From a bacterium (lineage in GTDB: Bacteria; UBA10199; 2-02-FULL-50-16; JAJFLM01), in assembly GCA_965216315.1 (NCBI GenBank), contig CBDCFN010000016.1, positions 1,600,001 through 1,664,000 on the forward strand: 64,000 nt of DNA, read 5' to 3'. The notes under the pieces are model-generated. The model made no database searches. It saw nothing but the letters and a program-made list of their open reading frames with translations, and was not told the origin of the DNA. Positions 32,001-40,049 of this stretch are shown here, one piece after another. Each line of letters opens with the position of its first letter. Position 1 is the stretch's first letter. Made by a program: the position numbers and the translations under genes.

Positions 32001-32017
32001 ATGGAATACAGGCTCAT
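26042..32017 (-). CDS. 1991-aa protein: novel N-terminal region plus divergent eukaryotic-ACC-type carboxyltransferase domain; no BC or BCCP recognised
   Basis: From ~28200: KRR...VYD, PAGLNPTGVAAF, VVIGND, EYARQQGYP.IYLA, LLGSGLTAG, VGIGMYL, LLTGADAIN..FG, ELGG, LFDAGTF, G.ARMSG.P. Confidence 0.75.
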   Translation of the reverse strand: MSLYSIQALQGLSSGSLQLASASLATLHRPQLIARLDRAESLLHGESFSITQANEFNRQLLPLVNLQLGCIDRAIDVDTVRAAAREASALSIQLVQAETSPQYGKTYVAIIGQLARARRAIVPSFIYPEIAAETGSSEAEESYVVRLTQGADTWLNGDHLLPRLGPYDFGPHPLGQERLKLFFQLPKQVTRCDLLVRLYAAHAVQRYLRGLIAKNDVEQLKAMAWPEFVAEWSHYGRALSAPDCDDLGEMTLQIIWEGKALYTELMTIDSRDEPIKMEARPAVSFRWDAQVLQLHERRLSEFFQPPHQFSEVNSLIRAVVAAAVQQDVMQRITEANQAQGGVFSKELYAELDGLTYPISFMWLTHRRGTTTPFRSGRSSAAERMVRSHVRWGVDMPALLERGLNRTRLVGIVERAQREHTPQALAALVQALPHVVTEMMAIDKEYQNSTSRQEREGLKYVWRHLLRWVFALKPWRFHETLRDVDANDAVTLRGTLSQIDSFRQSKLYDDWVTQLPDNLPESVPQRFETFHQDAELRALLDPERLALIRTIPVLLEQGHQRAGLMERFPPRADEDNRFVVSPEQSGFRNTVLTVIDGDDGAVALYQRLLRGDDSIASGPLAHALASQRGRWHRLFGIRALRKKFEVWPVITEVDGRINIDNVVLYEHGQPVATLFPLWRGLDGEQDASVPLLFHLKVERAAKENRNLHLQLLDYSGRRVESVSFQPRQLPLGSRHLLEGHFLSHDTAGMRVGVLESQQRRRLYVQGDKAEGFVLALPRYDADSARTMAQIVEDLVALAPLARGPFRRFIEQQFIATFEEAAQRNPGDPERQALIRVTSRSPYPMLGRLLRFLRPHTRWTPEVQDLAAEIEFLRPMEARGYDIPEVVQLSPKLRRAVVKDMKRVEGDRRYAQCHYHYIVHRETLEDAYRTILAQVKDDSRTISDDRTIKIIVPDKIFSGSVRMARGPTSREDPIQDRAAHLNNVFNSIVESPEWDSIRDRVWRLTFVIDRGRGNRPQYVTLRNRVRYDQEKFRLGYHITLPGERSFAVDPALLGIDPAFGHRYGLQRLGNYRHIDYVQPFEVKTALILRLHSSQSDQTSLYMASYLLAPDDALVSKHGRMPGLLRRHRRMSEELHRQLETGEVSQWQRMRIYVEGVQYQTPAVWEELMAAFARESSYDRAGIDLEQLVIQARLEVSLDERMPPRRVTALTFISDTDIGSPLVSVRYIVSAETPSGRRWVLVRRNVLERMLRTGNIHLSPDDDYRDAEEQMEDKSPIDKRRTLAKNLGGVFVYDRVQRLLPEAYEKLWEDVGSPAPPLDMDAIREMYIDDEGLFRIGRRPAGLNPTGVAAFQVRLKLPNHPEGITCVVIGNDPTHPVAKRAAVDIESAKFFWLAMEYARQQGYPPIYLAETPGAQMALPHALIPRHPGQPARLSSDETGEDIYLTAKQVEAVVRALGAASWQEVFKGDWEGAEGQSNFRPCSLLQGGVNQKSLLGSGLTAGAMARAAAEVPTFSAVLGGKGRGRNRVTVVGIGMYLYILARAMRIQRGDPNNELREDEMSAAERALLDGAVMLLTGADAINNIFGQALFFDTIELGGANRMKAEGLTTQVAHSEVDALLAVLKGLDDPANQTIPDITQPYSWEQLSEIVSEVRPFTPRGSNDINARIEASVTRVNQERKELGLPVDPQSGNYDVADELEALFDAGTFNRISDTDHYAIAGMARMSGFPVAGVGAQMIMEFPRDEAGDIQYIDREVYDADGNKLTRKDLNWNPPMTLSPRGAGDLASFIEFMTQHFPWVPIVGDLAASGYDPRSVAGSGQNGARLLSAIVNHPAPVYLWAGPRKKVLGGMKVTVAKELGMKLKVPLEDGTEVDLRKLETLADAGHIKVYADPSSYEAVLDAKGWKGIGFYKATVRQMTHILIEQGRPESEAGILAEKMVDTVIGWMSTLERAEADGSFTAVVSADRIRGVITQELKSWYESEAYERLRSAATPSQ

Positions 32018-32041
32018 CCCTCACCCCGATCTTTGTTGAGC

Positions 32042-32070
32042 TAAGGGGGAGAAACGTTCTCTCCCCCTTA
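32042..32070. other. Intergenic hairpin between the two giant carboxylase genes
   Basis: TAAGGGGGAGA-N7-TCTCCCCCTTA, no U-tract. Confidence 0.6.
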
Positions 32071-32120
32071 ACCACCCTCCTCGCCTTGTGACCACTCCAA
32101 CCCCAGAGCGGCCGAAAAAA

Positions 32121-35100
32121 CTATTTGCGCTCCGGCGGTCTCGAGGCCCTGTCCAGTTCGACCGTTCCGCTTGTAATGACCTCAATCTTACCTTTGGCCT
32201 CCAGCAACAGCGAACCATCAGGAGACACATCACGTACAATCCCGGAGGCCGTAATCTCGTCACCATTCATTATATGAACCCGCTTATCTTTTAAATAAGA
32301 GCGTCCGCGGACATAGCTTACAATATCCGGCCACCCACCTTCGTTAAGGCGTTGCATTTCGCTTTCTAAGGCTTCCAGGAGACGTTTCAAGACCATTGCT
32401 TGATCCCAACTCTTGCCGGTATCAATGGCAAGCGAGGTCGCAGGTTTACCGATACCACTAAGATCTTCAACGGTCGCATTCGTATTCAGGCCAATTCCGA
32501 CCACGAAGGCTCCGTCACCGTGCTGTTCAATCAAAATTCCCGCCAGTTTAGCATCGCGCAGATAAATATCGTTAGGCCACTTGATAGTCGGTTGTGAATC
32601 CGAAATAGCTCCAACCGCCCTAGCAACGGCGGCAGCCGTAGCAAAGGTCATCTTAGGTATCACATTTTTTTCGACGGACGGCCTTATCGCGACGGACATG
32701 TAAATACCGGCTCCTTTGCGCGAAACCCAAGTATTACCCGTACGTCCCCGCCCGGCCTTTTGTTGATCAGCAATAACAACCGTCCCTAACATGACATTCT
32801 GATCCAATAACGCCTTCGCAACATCATTGGTTGATCCCACCGATTCGAAAGCAAAAATGCTACGCCCGATCCGACCTGCAGCAATACCCAAATCAAGCGA
32901 CCGAAACCCCTCACCAAGAGTTTTGATAGCGTCAATATCAATACTATCCGCATCTTTCACTGGTCTAGGGGACTCTACCAGAGGCTTATCAACCGCAACC
33001 GCTCTCGGGACAGGTCTCTCCGGACTTTCGCTGCGGGGCGTGTCTTGACGTCTAGTCAAAATGAAGGGGCCGAGCCCCATGCTTTTGACGGCCTTCTCCC
33101 ACTGCTCAACTCCGGCATCCCCCATCGCGGCAAACGTTGTAAATGAATTTAGCCAAACATCGATCTGCGCGTCAACCTGAGCCCGATAGACTTCGCGCCC
33201 TTCATTTAAATTGCGGATATACCAGGGGCGGATTTGATTCGCCGGCACAACTTCATGAATGGCCCCAACGGCCACAGCCTTATCGACAGTGTGGATCCCG
33301 TCATATTCAAGTCGGAAACTTTCTTCCACCTCATCACGGGCCGCGCGTCTAATCTTTTCAATATCTTGAGGAGATGTTACTTTTTGCAGTCGTAACTGCC
33401 AAGACGAATCCGTCTTTAGTAATTCCTCGGCAGCCGCATTAATTTTGCGGGGGAAAATCAACTTTGTAGCGATGTTGCCTCCGATCACGGAAGCAAATGT
33501 ATTATCAACCGCTCCAACCGTAGCGTTGTCATTGATCACCCGCGAAAAGACAACATAAGCGCCACCATGGTAACGTGTCGTCACCAAGAAAGCGAGCTTG
33601 CCTTTATAATTCCGAACCGCCTCCTCAATTGCCGTGCCCCATTCCAATTGATTATTCATCAGTGATTCGGGACTACCATCAAAACCCGAGAGATTAGCGA
33701 CGACAACCAAATCGGTACGGCCACTCGCCGCGTTAATTGCACGCGCAACTTTTTTAGATCCTTCCGGAAACAGCGTCGATCCACTCCAACTATCAGGATA
33801 CCCTGGTGGAATCTCACCCTCACGTGGGAGGCTCTGCGCATCAATACCGATCATCGTCGTGGGGATACCTCCAATCGCCGTTTCTTCGACGCGAATCAGA
33901 TCAGCCCCGCCTTTTTTCCAGAGATGCCAGCGCTGTAACACAGGAGCATCCTGATCGCGGATTGATGCCATTACGGCAGCCACTGGAAACGGCTTCTTTT
34001 TTTCCTTATCCGCGAGGATCTCGCCAATGTCATAGACAGTTATCGTGGGAATGCTCGCCAGTTCCTCTAGCCTATTCAAGATCTTTCCCATCTCAGTCGC
34101 GTCTGCAGAACTAATGCCTTCATCAGACTCCGCTTGAAGTTCCAAGGCCTCCAGCGCCTTCTCTAATTGTTCTTTCTCTGCCGCTCTTGCCGCCTGTTCT
34201 GCCAGCACCTCTTCCGCTGATTTATCCGTTAAGGCCGGATCGACATAACGGTACTTCGTTACATCCCGACCATGGTGGTCGGATGTTTCCCATTGATCAA
34301 CAAGTATCTGACCCGGTGCATGCCAGGTCAAATCATGATGTTGCCAAAGCAGGCGCCTGCCCTCCGAGATCGTCTCAACGTAAAATTGGGTTTCACCAAT
34401 CGGTCCTGTCACCCGTTCCGCCCCGGCGAGACCAAGATTATCTTCGGCACCGACAGATCCCGAAATCATCTGGGCACGATTCCCGGTCAGGGCTGTATAG
34501 GAATTAGCGGCCTTAATCAGGACACCACGGCGGGTCATCTCCATCGTCGCGTTGGCATCCCAATAAGACTGGGCCCCGATGTTGCCTCCATCAACGAGGA
34601 TATTTACGACCCCGCCCGCATCACAAAACTCACCAAGACGTCTCATGACGAGAGCTGTCCAGTCCAGATTCTCAACACCCTTATCCATCGAAATACCGGC
34701 ACCACTTGAGGTGGCTTTCCAATCGATCTCAAGTCCGTGTTTTTCAGCATAATCAATGGCGGCAATGATGCGCGCACATTCAGGCTCTTGAAGCGGACAG
34801 AGTCCATAAGTCGCGTCATTGACTATTTGCATGATACGAATCCCCTCGGGATGTCGCTGTGTCGGCCGTTTCAATTCACCAAAAACGACCTTACCGGTGT
34901 TATTCCCCCGTTCCCGATTGACCTCAATGAGATCGTACGTGGCTCGATGTTCTCCGGTCTGCTCATCCTTAATCAAACGCGGGTTTTCAATATCCAGTTC
35001 ATGAAATTCTCCGCGCCCGTAGCCTTCATCGGCTGTCAGGTCTTGAACATATTGATAGGCCTCAACCAACCCAAGGCCCTCATTGCGCGCGACGCGCATT

Positions 35101-38100
35101 TTATAGGCACTACGCGGTTTGACGTAACCCTCTGGTTTACCCAAGGGCTTGACCGCTTTCATCTTCAGTCCTGTACCGCCGGGATTGCGAATCCGAAATA
35201 GCATATCTTGAAAAGGTTGATCTTCGGACGGTCGCCACCGCATCAAGCGCACGTTCGTTTCTTCGATCTGCATGCCGCGGATGCGCGGCGCAAGCCGCGC
35301 AATTGCACGCTTCATCTGGTCCGGAGTGGCCGTCACTTCGGCCCGTATCAACATATGGATGCGGTGTGCCGCCCAACCCTCTTGAGACTCGGACCGAATC
35401 GAGTGAATTGCCTGTCCAAAGGCCAAATCAATTTCGGGATAGCGCAGCGTTCCATTCCCATCACTTTGGGGGGACAAATGGCGGACAATCGAATAGGCAA
35501 AGAGCCGACGATCGGGTTTTTTCTTCTTCCCCGATGGATCTTTTTCAGTCAACTTAAAGAGGTGATTCCATTCCCACGGTGTCTGCGAGCGTTCCACCTC
35601 CCAATGTCGCCGCAATCGCCAGAGCTCTAATTGAGCCGCCCGATAGGGGTGAATCCCTCTAAAGAGTACGTCTTCAACAAACATCCCCTGGCGTTCCAAG
35701 TCAGGTCGATACGTCAGATAGAACGTTCCCGCTTCACCCATGACAAAGGTCAACGTAATCCGCTTAATTTGGCGATTGGGATCGACAAAGCCAATCAGCG
35801 AAGGAATACGCTCTGCAAGCCGCTCAATATCTCTCATGTCGCCGGTCAATTCCGGAATAATAAGCTCCAGCGTATTGTCGACCGTCTCCTGGGCACCCAG
35901 ATCGGTCGCTCCACGGTGAAAATCTTCCAGGCTCTTGATCCCCCGCTTGATTAAGTTTTTGATTCCATTCTGTCCCAAGGGATCACGGCCGGCAGAGAGA
36001 CCAACCACCGCACGCCTGACCCCGGATTCCTGATCCTTAAAAATCCCGAAAGAATAAAGATCCTGTTCTTTCACATTCAAAGTATGCGCTTCGATGTTGT
36101 GACGATCGCCATAGAGCCGCTGAAAACGGATCGCCGCGGCGATTTCGGCTGCCTCCGCATCATTTCCAAGGATGTGATCGATAATTCCTAAAATCGTAGC
36201 ATCTGCCAGCGACGAAACTTCCTTAATCACTCCCCGCCGTTCAGCGGAGCCCGCCCGGAATCCTTTGGCTTTTTTGATAAGCTCAGCAACTCGTTGGTCG
36301 GCATCGTCACGACTGACCTTGCCTAACTCCGATTCGTTGAGTGTAAAAAGGAGCCCTTGAGCGGCATGCGTCAGCTTTACGACATCACGGTCGAGATGAT
36401 TGAATTTTTCTAATGTCGCCACGAGTTTGCCTTGAGGCCCTCTCAAGGCACCCGCGTCCCACAAGGACTGCAACCAATCGAATACCCGCAGCATTAACAT
36501 CTGGCGAATTTTCGTTTCTTCGCGGGCGATCCGCATTCTGACTAAGGCACGGTCAAGGCCTTCCGAGGGTTCATCGATGGAACTCACGCCGTGGTGGCTC
36601 AAGGCCTGAGACAAAATGGCTCCAAAAGCAGGATCGGAGACCTGACGCGTTTGAATAAAATCATCAAATTGATCGAATAATGAGCGCTTCTCAACGCTTC
36701 CCCTTAAGGCATGGCGCTGAAACAACATCTCAACGTCAATGAAGGCATCGAGAATCTTAACCGCTTCTTCAGCGATGAGTTCATCTCCAACGTCTTGATT
36801 GACCGCATGTCCTAAAGCGTCGAAAATTCCCTGGGCATAGGGGCTTAATTCATCTTGCCGCTCGAAACCCTTAGGAACGGAGGTATAGAGTCGCTGCAAC
36901 GGATCATAGTTGAGACTGGCATCGCGCAATAAAGCCGTCATCTCCCGGTAGCTTTCAGGAAAGTTGCCTACAATGTTTACGATGCCTGCCGCAAAATCTT
37001 CTGTTCCCGGAGCTACGTGAAAGAGTTGCTGCACTTCCGTCTCTCCCGTCGGCCTGAATTCAAGCTGAGGGGCCTCAGGAGGAGGACGATCATCCGGTTC
37101 CTTGATGCGGACGAGTAATTTGCCTTGGAGCACGGCAGCATTTTCAGAAACCAAGTATTCTTCGAGTATGCCGGGGACCTGCGCCTTCAGCGGTTGTTCG
37201 ATCTTCATAACCTCTAGAACGGCAATAACATCACCCACGTTGACAACATCACCCGGCTTTTTCTCATACCGAAGTACGGTTCCATTTTGGGTCGCGCGCA
37301 CTTCTCCGACAGGAGGATTATCGACAGTAAACGCGACTCCATTGACAGAAATTGGATAAGCGCCTTGTTTCTCCGATCCAATGATGGGAACGCGCTTGCC
37401 ATCAATCGTCATGTTAAACTCGGAACCGCTGGGCCCCTTCGTCTCCAAGTCAACTGTGTAGTCGCGACCATTAATACTCACTAAATAGTCGCCTGACCTT
37501 TCACTGACAGAAAGCCTATATTCGCGGCCAAACAGGGCAAATACAAATTCCGCTTCTTTGCGGGGCGGCAACTTCGGCAGACGTCCCTTGCGCAAGGTCG
37601 CAAGCACACCATTATCATATGCACTGCGCTGTTTACGGTAGGCGAGAATCGCCGCAGCCACGAGTGCTTCATGAGAGTACTGTTTGACTTCCCAAGGCTT
37701 GCGCATCGGCATGTAGTGGTCCTGGAGCCATTTATTTGAATAGGCAATGTCACCAAATACCTGATGTCCCATCACCTCGATGGCAAAGCCACGCATCGTG
37801 CGCACGCCGTCAACGGCGAGATCCGTCAAGCCACGCATGGTGACCGCGCGCGCTGAATTGCGGTCGCGACCTTTTCCGATCAATTTAAGGAGCGTCGGAT
37901 CATATCCCGCGGTAATGACATCTCCCTGACGTACCGCGACGTCGGCACGTATGCCTTTGCCCGTGGGCGGCCGAAACAATTTAAGGGTTCCACTGGTTGC
38001 GGCAAACTCCTCATCGGCATCCTGGGCATAGATGCGCACCTCAAAGGCCGTTCCTCTGGGTTCCGGAGTCGATTTCACGGACAAACGATAGCCTTCCGCA

Positions 38101-39887
38101 ACCCGAATCTGTTCTTTCACCATATCAACGCCGGTAACTTCTTCGGTAATCGTGTGTTCGACTTGGAGGCGGGCATTGATCTCCATCGGATAAAAGTCCA
38201 TCCCGTCATAGAGACCTTCAAAGGTCGCAGCCCCGATGTAATCCGCTTCATGGAGCACGCGGACCGCATGTTGATGCATGCCTTGACGTTGACCGTTAGG
38301 AATATTCGGCGCCGGCGCCTCTTCGATGATCTTCTTGTTCTTCCATTGAATGGAACAGTCACGATCACCGACGGCAACACAATTGCCATGTTGATCTCGA
38401 ATCAGCTGAATCTCAACATGCCGCGGTGCAATGAGTTTGTTGACATAAACCGAGGCATCATCGTCATTGTCGATGGCTTTACGTTGGATATATTCGAAGG
38501 CCTGCATGAACTCGCGACGATCATAAAGAAAGACGATATGTTCATGTGGATTGTCGCTGGCTTTTAGCTGCTCTTCCGATAAATGGGACAGCACCAGCGG
38601 ATAACCTAGTTCATTCGCAACCGCCTCACCCTGTGACTGTGTCGCCACTTTATGCCACGGCTCATCCGACGGTCTCGGCAAGATAGCCTTTTCGATAAAG
38701 ACGGTGGGATTACCAAAGGCACGCAGTGCTCCCGCCTGTGCCTTTGAAAAGGCATCTCTCAACTCCGCTTCGTTGTGCACAAAGTAGATTCCTTCACCAC
38801 CGCCTCCCGCTGTGGCCTTAATCACGACAGGATATCCCAACCGCTCTGCAACCTGAATTGCCTGCTCAAGCGTATCCGCCTCACCCCAGGTTAATTGATC
38901 CGGATCGGCCAGCCGTTTGAAACCAATCTTATCACCAACTAATTCCATCGCCGACTTGCGAGGGCCGAGAAAGCGAGAGCCAAGCTCAGTCACCAACGCC
39001 GAAAGCTCCGGATTCTCCGAGGCAAAGCCCCAACCGGGCCACACTCCGATGTCGTTAGCCGAAAGCCCTTCCGCCTCCGCTTGTCTAATCACCTGCTCCA
39101 AGGCTTCGCGCAGGATGACATCAACATCGTTGTAGGCAAGGAGCTTCTTGGTCTTATCGGGATCATCATCCGTCGGATCCGGCACATCGCGACTATCCGG
39201 CACAAGTATCGCTTGATCCGCGTCGACCACAAACGGAGCCCCGGCATCCGCCTGCGTATACATGACGATCACTTCGATTTTTTCACCGCGTTCACGTTCC
39301 AACTCACGAACCGCGGTAATCAGACGCGAAGCCGCCTCACCCCGATTGGGTACAAAGATCTTCCGTAAATGACTTACCTCCGGCTCAACCGTTTCACCCG
39401 GGTCCGCATTCAACTGAACCGCCGCTATGACATTAAGTGGAGCCGGCTCGCCCACAACTGCCGACGTGCCAGCCATTGCAGACGTATCGACGACTGTATG
39501 ACTCCCGGCAAGGGCTTCCGGAGACAAAGCCGCCCTCATTTCCATTAACTTCTCTTCAATGAGCTGTTGAAGTAGGGGTGATTGATCGGATGCCTTCCCT
39601 TCTGTCGCCAGTTCATGCCCATGGTCGAGTACTTCTATCGCTCGAGCGCGAATGACAGCCGCATCAGTTTCTGGATGGAGCTGATCCGCTGTCAGCGAAG
39701 TCAACGGTTGAAGATGGCCGCGGAATGTATCTAAGCCGCGTTGCAAATAAGGATCATCTTGCAGAAGCGTTTGTGTCGACTGAATGTTGTTGAGTATTTG
39801 CGGCTCTTGAAGAACACCGGAGGCCGCTAAGATTCCGGTAGAAGTGAGCGACAATGAGGAGGTCGCTCCGATGGTAAATAGACCCAT
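32121..39887 (-). CDS. 2588-aa single-chain acyl-CoA carboxylase (N-domain-BC-BCCP-central-CT) fused to C-terminal BirA-type biotin ligase
   Basis: NRGEAA, PGWGFASEN, KATAGGGG, RDCSIQ, EINARLQVEH (BC); EVMKIE (biotin Lys ~37204); CT motifs ANLSGFDGSPES, YHGGAYVVFS; BirA STND, QKAGRGR, KWPND, KLAGILIE, GIGLN. Confidence 0.9.
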   Translation of the reverse strand: MGLFTIGATSSLSLTSTGILAASGVLQEPQILNNIQSTQTLLQDDPYLQRGLDTFRGHLQPLTSLTADQLHPETDAAVIRARAIEVLDHGHELATEGKASDQSPLLQQLIEEKLMEMRAALSPEALAGSHTVVDTSAMAGTSAVVGEPAPLNVIAAVQLNADPGETVEPEVSHLRKIFVPNRGEAASRLITAVRELERERGEKIEVIVMYTQADAGAPFVVDADQAILVPDSRDVPDPTDDDPDKTKKLLAYNDVDVILREALEQVIRQAEAEGLSANDIGVWPGWGFASENPELSALVTELGSRFLGPRKSAMELVGDKIGFKRLADPDQLTWGEADTLEQAIQVAERLGYPVVIKATAGGGGEGIYFVHNEAELRDAFSKAQAGALRAFGNPTVFIEKAILPRPSDEPWHKVATQSQGEAVANELGYPLVLSHLSEEQLKASDNPHEHIVFLYDRREFMQAFEYIQRKAIDNDDDASVYVNKLIAPRHVEIQLIRDQHGNCVAVGDRDCSIQWKNKKIIEEAPAPNIPNGQRQGMHQHAVRVLHEADYIGAATFEGLYDGMDFYPMEINARLQVEHTITEEVTGVDMVKEQIRVAEGYRLSVKSTPEPRGTAFEVRIYAQDADEEFAATSGTLKLFRPPTGKGIRADVAVRQGDVITAGYDPTLLKLIGKGRDRNSARAVTMRGLTDLAVDGVRTMRGFAIEVMGHQVFGDIAYSNKWLQDHYMPMRKPWEVKQYSHEALVAAAILAYRKQRSAYDNGVLATLRKGRLPKLPPRKEAEFVFALFGREYRLSVSERSGDYLVSINGRDYTVDLETKGPSGSEFNMTIDGKRVPIIGSEKQGAYPISVNGVAFTVDNPPVGEVRATQNGTVLRYEKKPGDVVNVGDVIAVLEVMKIEQPLKAQVPGILEEYLVSENAAVLQGKLLVRIKEPDDRPPPEAPQLEFRPTGETEVQQLFHVAPGTEDFAAGIVNIVGNFPESYREMTALLRDASLNYDPLQRLYTSVPKGFERQDELSPYAQGIFDALGHAVNQDVGDELIAEEAVKILDAFIDVEMLFQRHALRGSVEKRSLFDQFDDFIQTRQVSDPAFGAILSQALSHHGVSSIDEPSEGLDRALVRMRIAREETKIRQMLMLRVFDWLQSLWDAGALRGPQGKLVATLEKFNHLDRDVVKLTHAAQGLLFTLNESELGKVSRDDADQRVAELIKKAKGFRAGSAERRGVIKEVSSLADATILGIIDHILGNDAEAAEIAAAIRFQRLYGDRHNIEAHTLNVKEQDLYSFGIFKDQESGVRRAVVGLSAGRDPLGQNGIKNLIKRGIKSLEDFHRGATDLGAQETVDNTLELIIPELTGDMRDIERLAERIPSLIGFVDPNRQIKRITLTFVMGEAGTFYLTYRPDLERQGMFVEDVLFRGIHPYRAAQLELWRLRRHWEVERSQTPWEWNHLFKLTEKDPSGKKKKPDRRLFAYSIVRHLSPQSDGNGTLRYPEIDLAFGQAIHSIRSESQEGWAAHRIHMLIRAEVTATPDQMKRAIARLAPRIRGMQIEETNVRLMRWRPSEDQPFQDMLFRIRNPGGTGLKMKAVKPLGKPEGYVKPRSAYKMRVARNEGLGLVEAYQYVQDLTADEGYGRGEFHELDIENPRLIKDEQTGEHRATYDLIEVNRERGNNTGKVVFGELKRPTQRHPEGIRIMQIVNDATYGLCPLQEPECARIIAAIDYAEKHGLEIDWKATSSGAGISMDKGVENLDWTALVMRRLGEFCDAGGVVNILVDGGNIGAQSYWDANATMEMTRRGVLIKAANSYTALTGNRAQMISGSVGAEDNLGLAGAERVTGPIGETQFYVETISEGRRLLWQHHDLTWHAPGQILVDQWETSDHHGRDVTKYRYVDPALTDKSAEEVLAEQAARAAEKEQLEKALEALELQAESDEGISSADATEMGKILNRLEELASIPTITVYDIGEILADKEKKKPFPVAAVMASIRDQDAPVLQRWHLWKKGGADLIRVEETAIGGIPTTMIGIDAQSLPREGEIPPGYPDSWSGSTLFPEGSKKVARAINAASGRTDLVVVANLSGFDGSPESLMNNQLEWGTAIEEAVRNYKGKLAFLVTTRYHGGAYVVFSRVINDNATVGAVDNTFASVIGGNIATKLIFPRKINAAAEELLKTDSSWQLRLQKVTSPQDIEKIRRAARDEVEESFRLEYDGIHTVDKAVAVGAIHEVVPANQIRPWYIRNLNEGREVYRAQVDAQIDVWLNSFTTFAAMGDAGVEQWEKAVKSMGLGPFILTRRQDTPRSESPERPVPRAVAVDKPLVESPRPVKDADSIDIDAIKTLGEGFRSLDLGIAAGRIGRSIFAFESVGSTNDVAKALLDQNVMLGTVVIADQQKAGRGRTGNTWVSRKGAGIYMSVAIRPSVEKNVIPKMTFATAAAVARAVGAISDSQPTIKWPNDIYLRDAKLAGILIEQHGDGAFVVGIGLNTNATVEDLSGIGKPATSLAIDTGKSWDQAMVLKRLLEALESEMQRLNEGGWPDIVSYVRGRSYLKDKRVHIMNGDEITASGIVRDVSPDGSLLLEAKGKIEVITSGTVELDRASRPPERK

Positions 39888-39955
39888 GCCTGAAAACCCC
39901 AGACCTTTCGAATGTAACGATCCTCCCCATGAGGAGGCCCTCGACGCAGTTCTTT

Positions 39956-39980
39956 GTTCGGACTCAAGGGGTAAAAGTTG
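39956..39980 (-). promoter_or_regulatory. CAAC-N16-CGAAC promoter-like motif (copy B)
   Basis: Same spacing as other copies; IHF consensus TATCAATTAGTTA at 40032-40020. Confidence 0.65.
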
Positions 39981-40049
39981 CTAATTTTTTCGAAATCGAA
40001 ACGGCGAAGATAGTAAGTTTAACTAATTGATATAATTAAATTTATGCTG

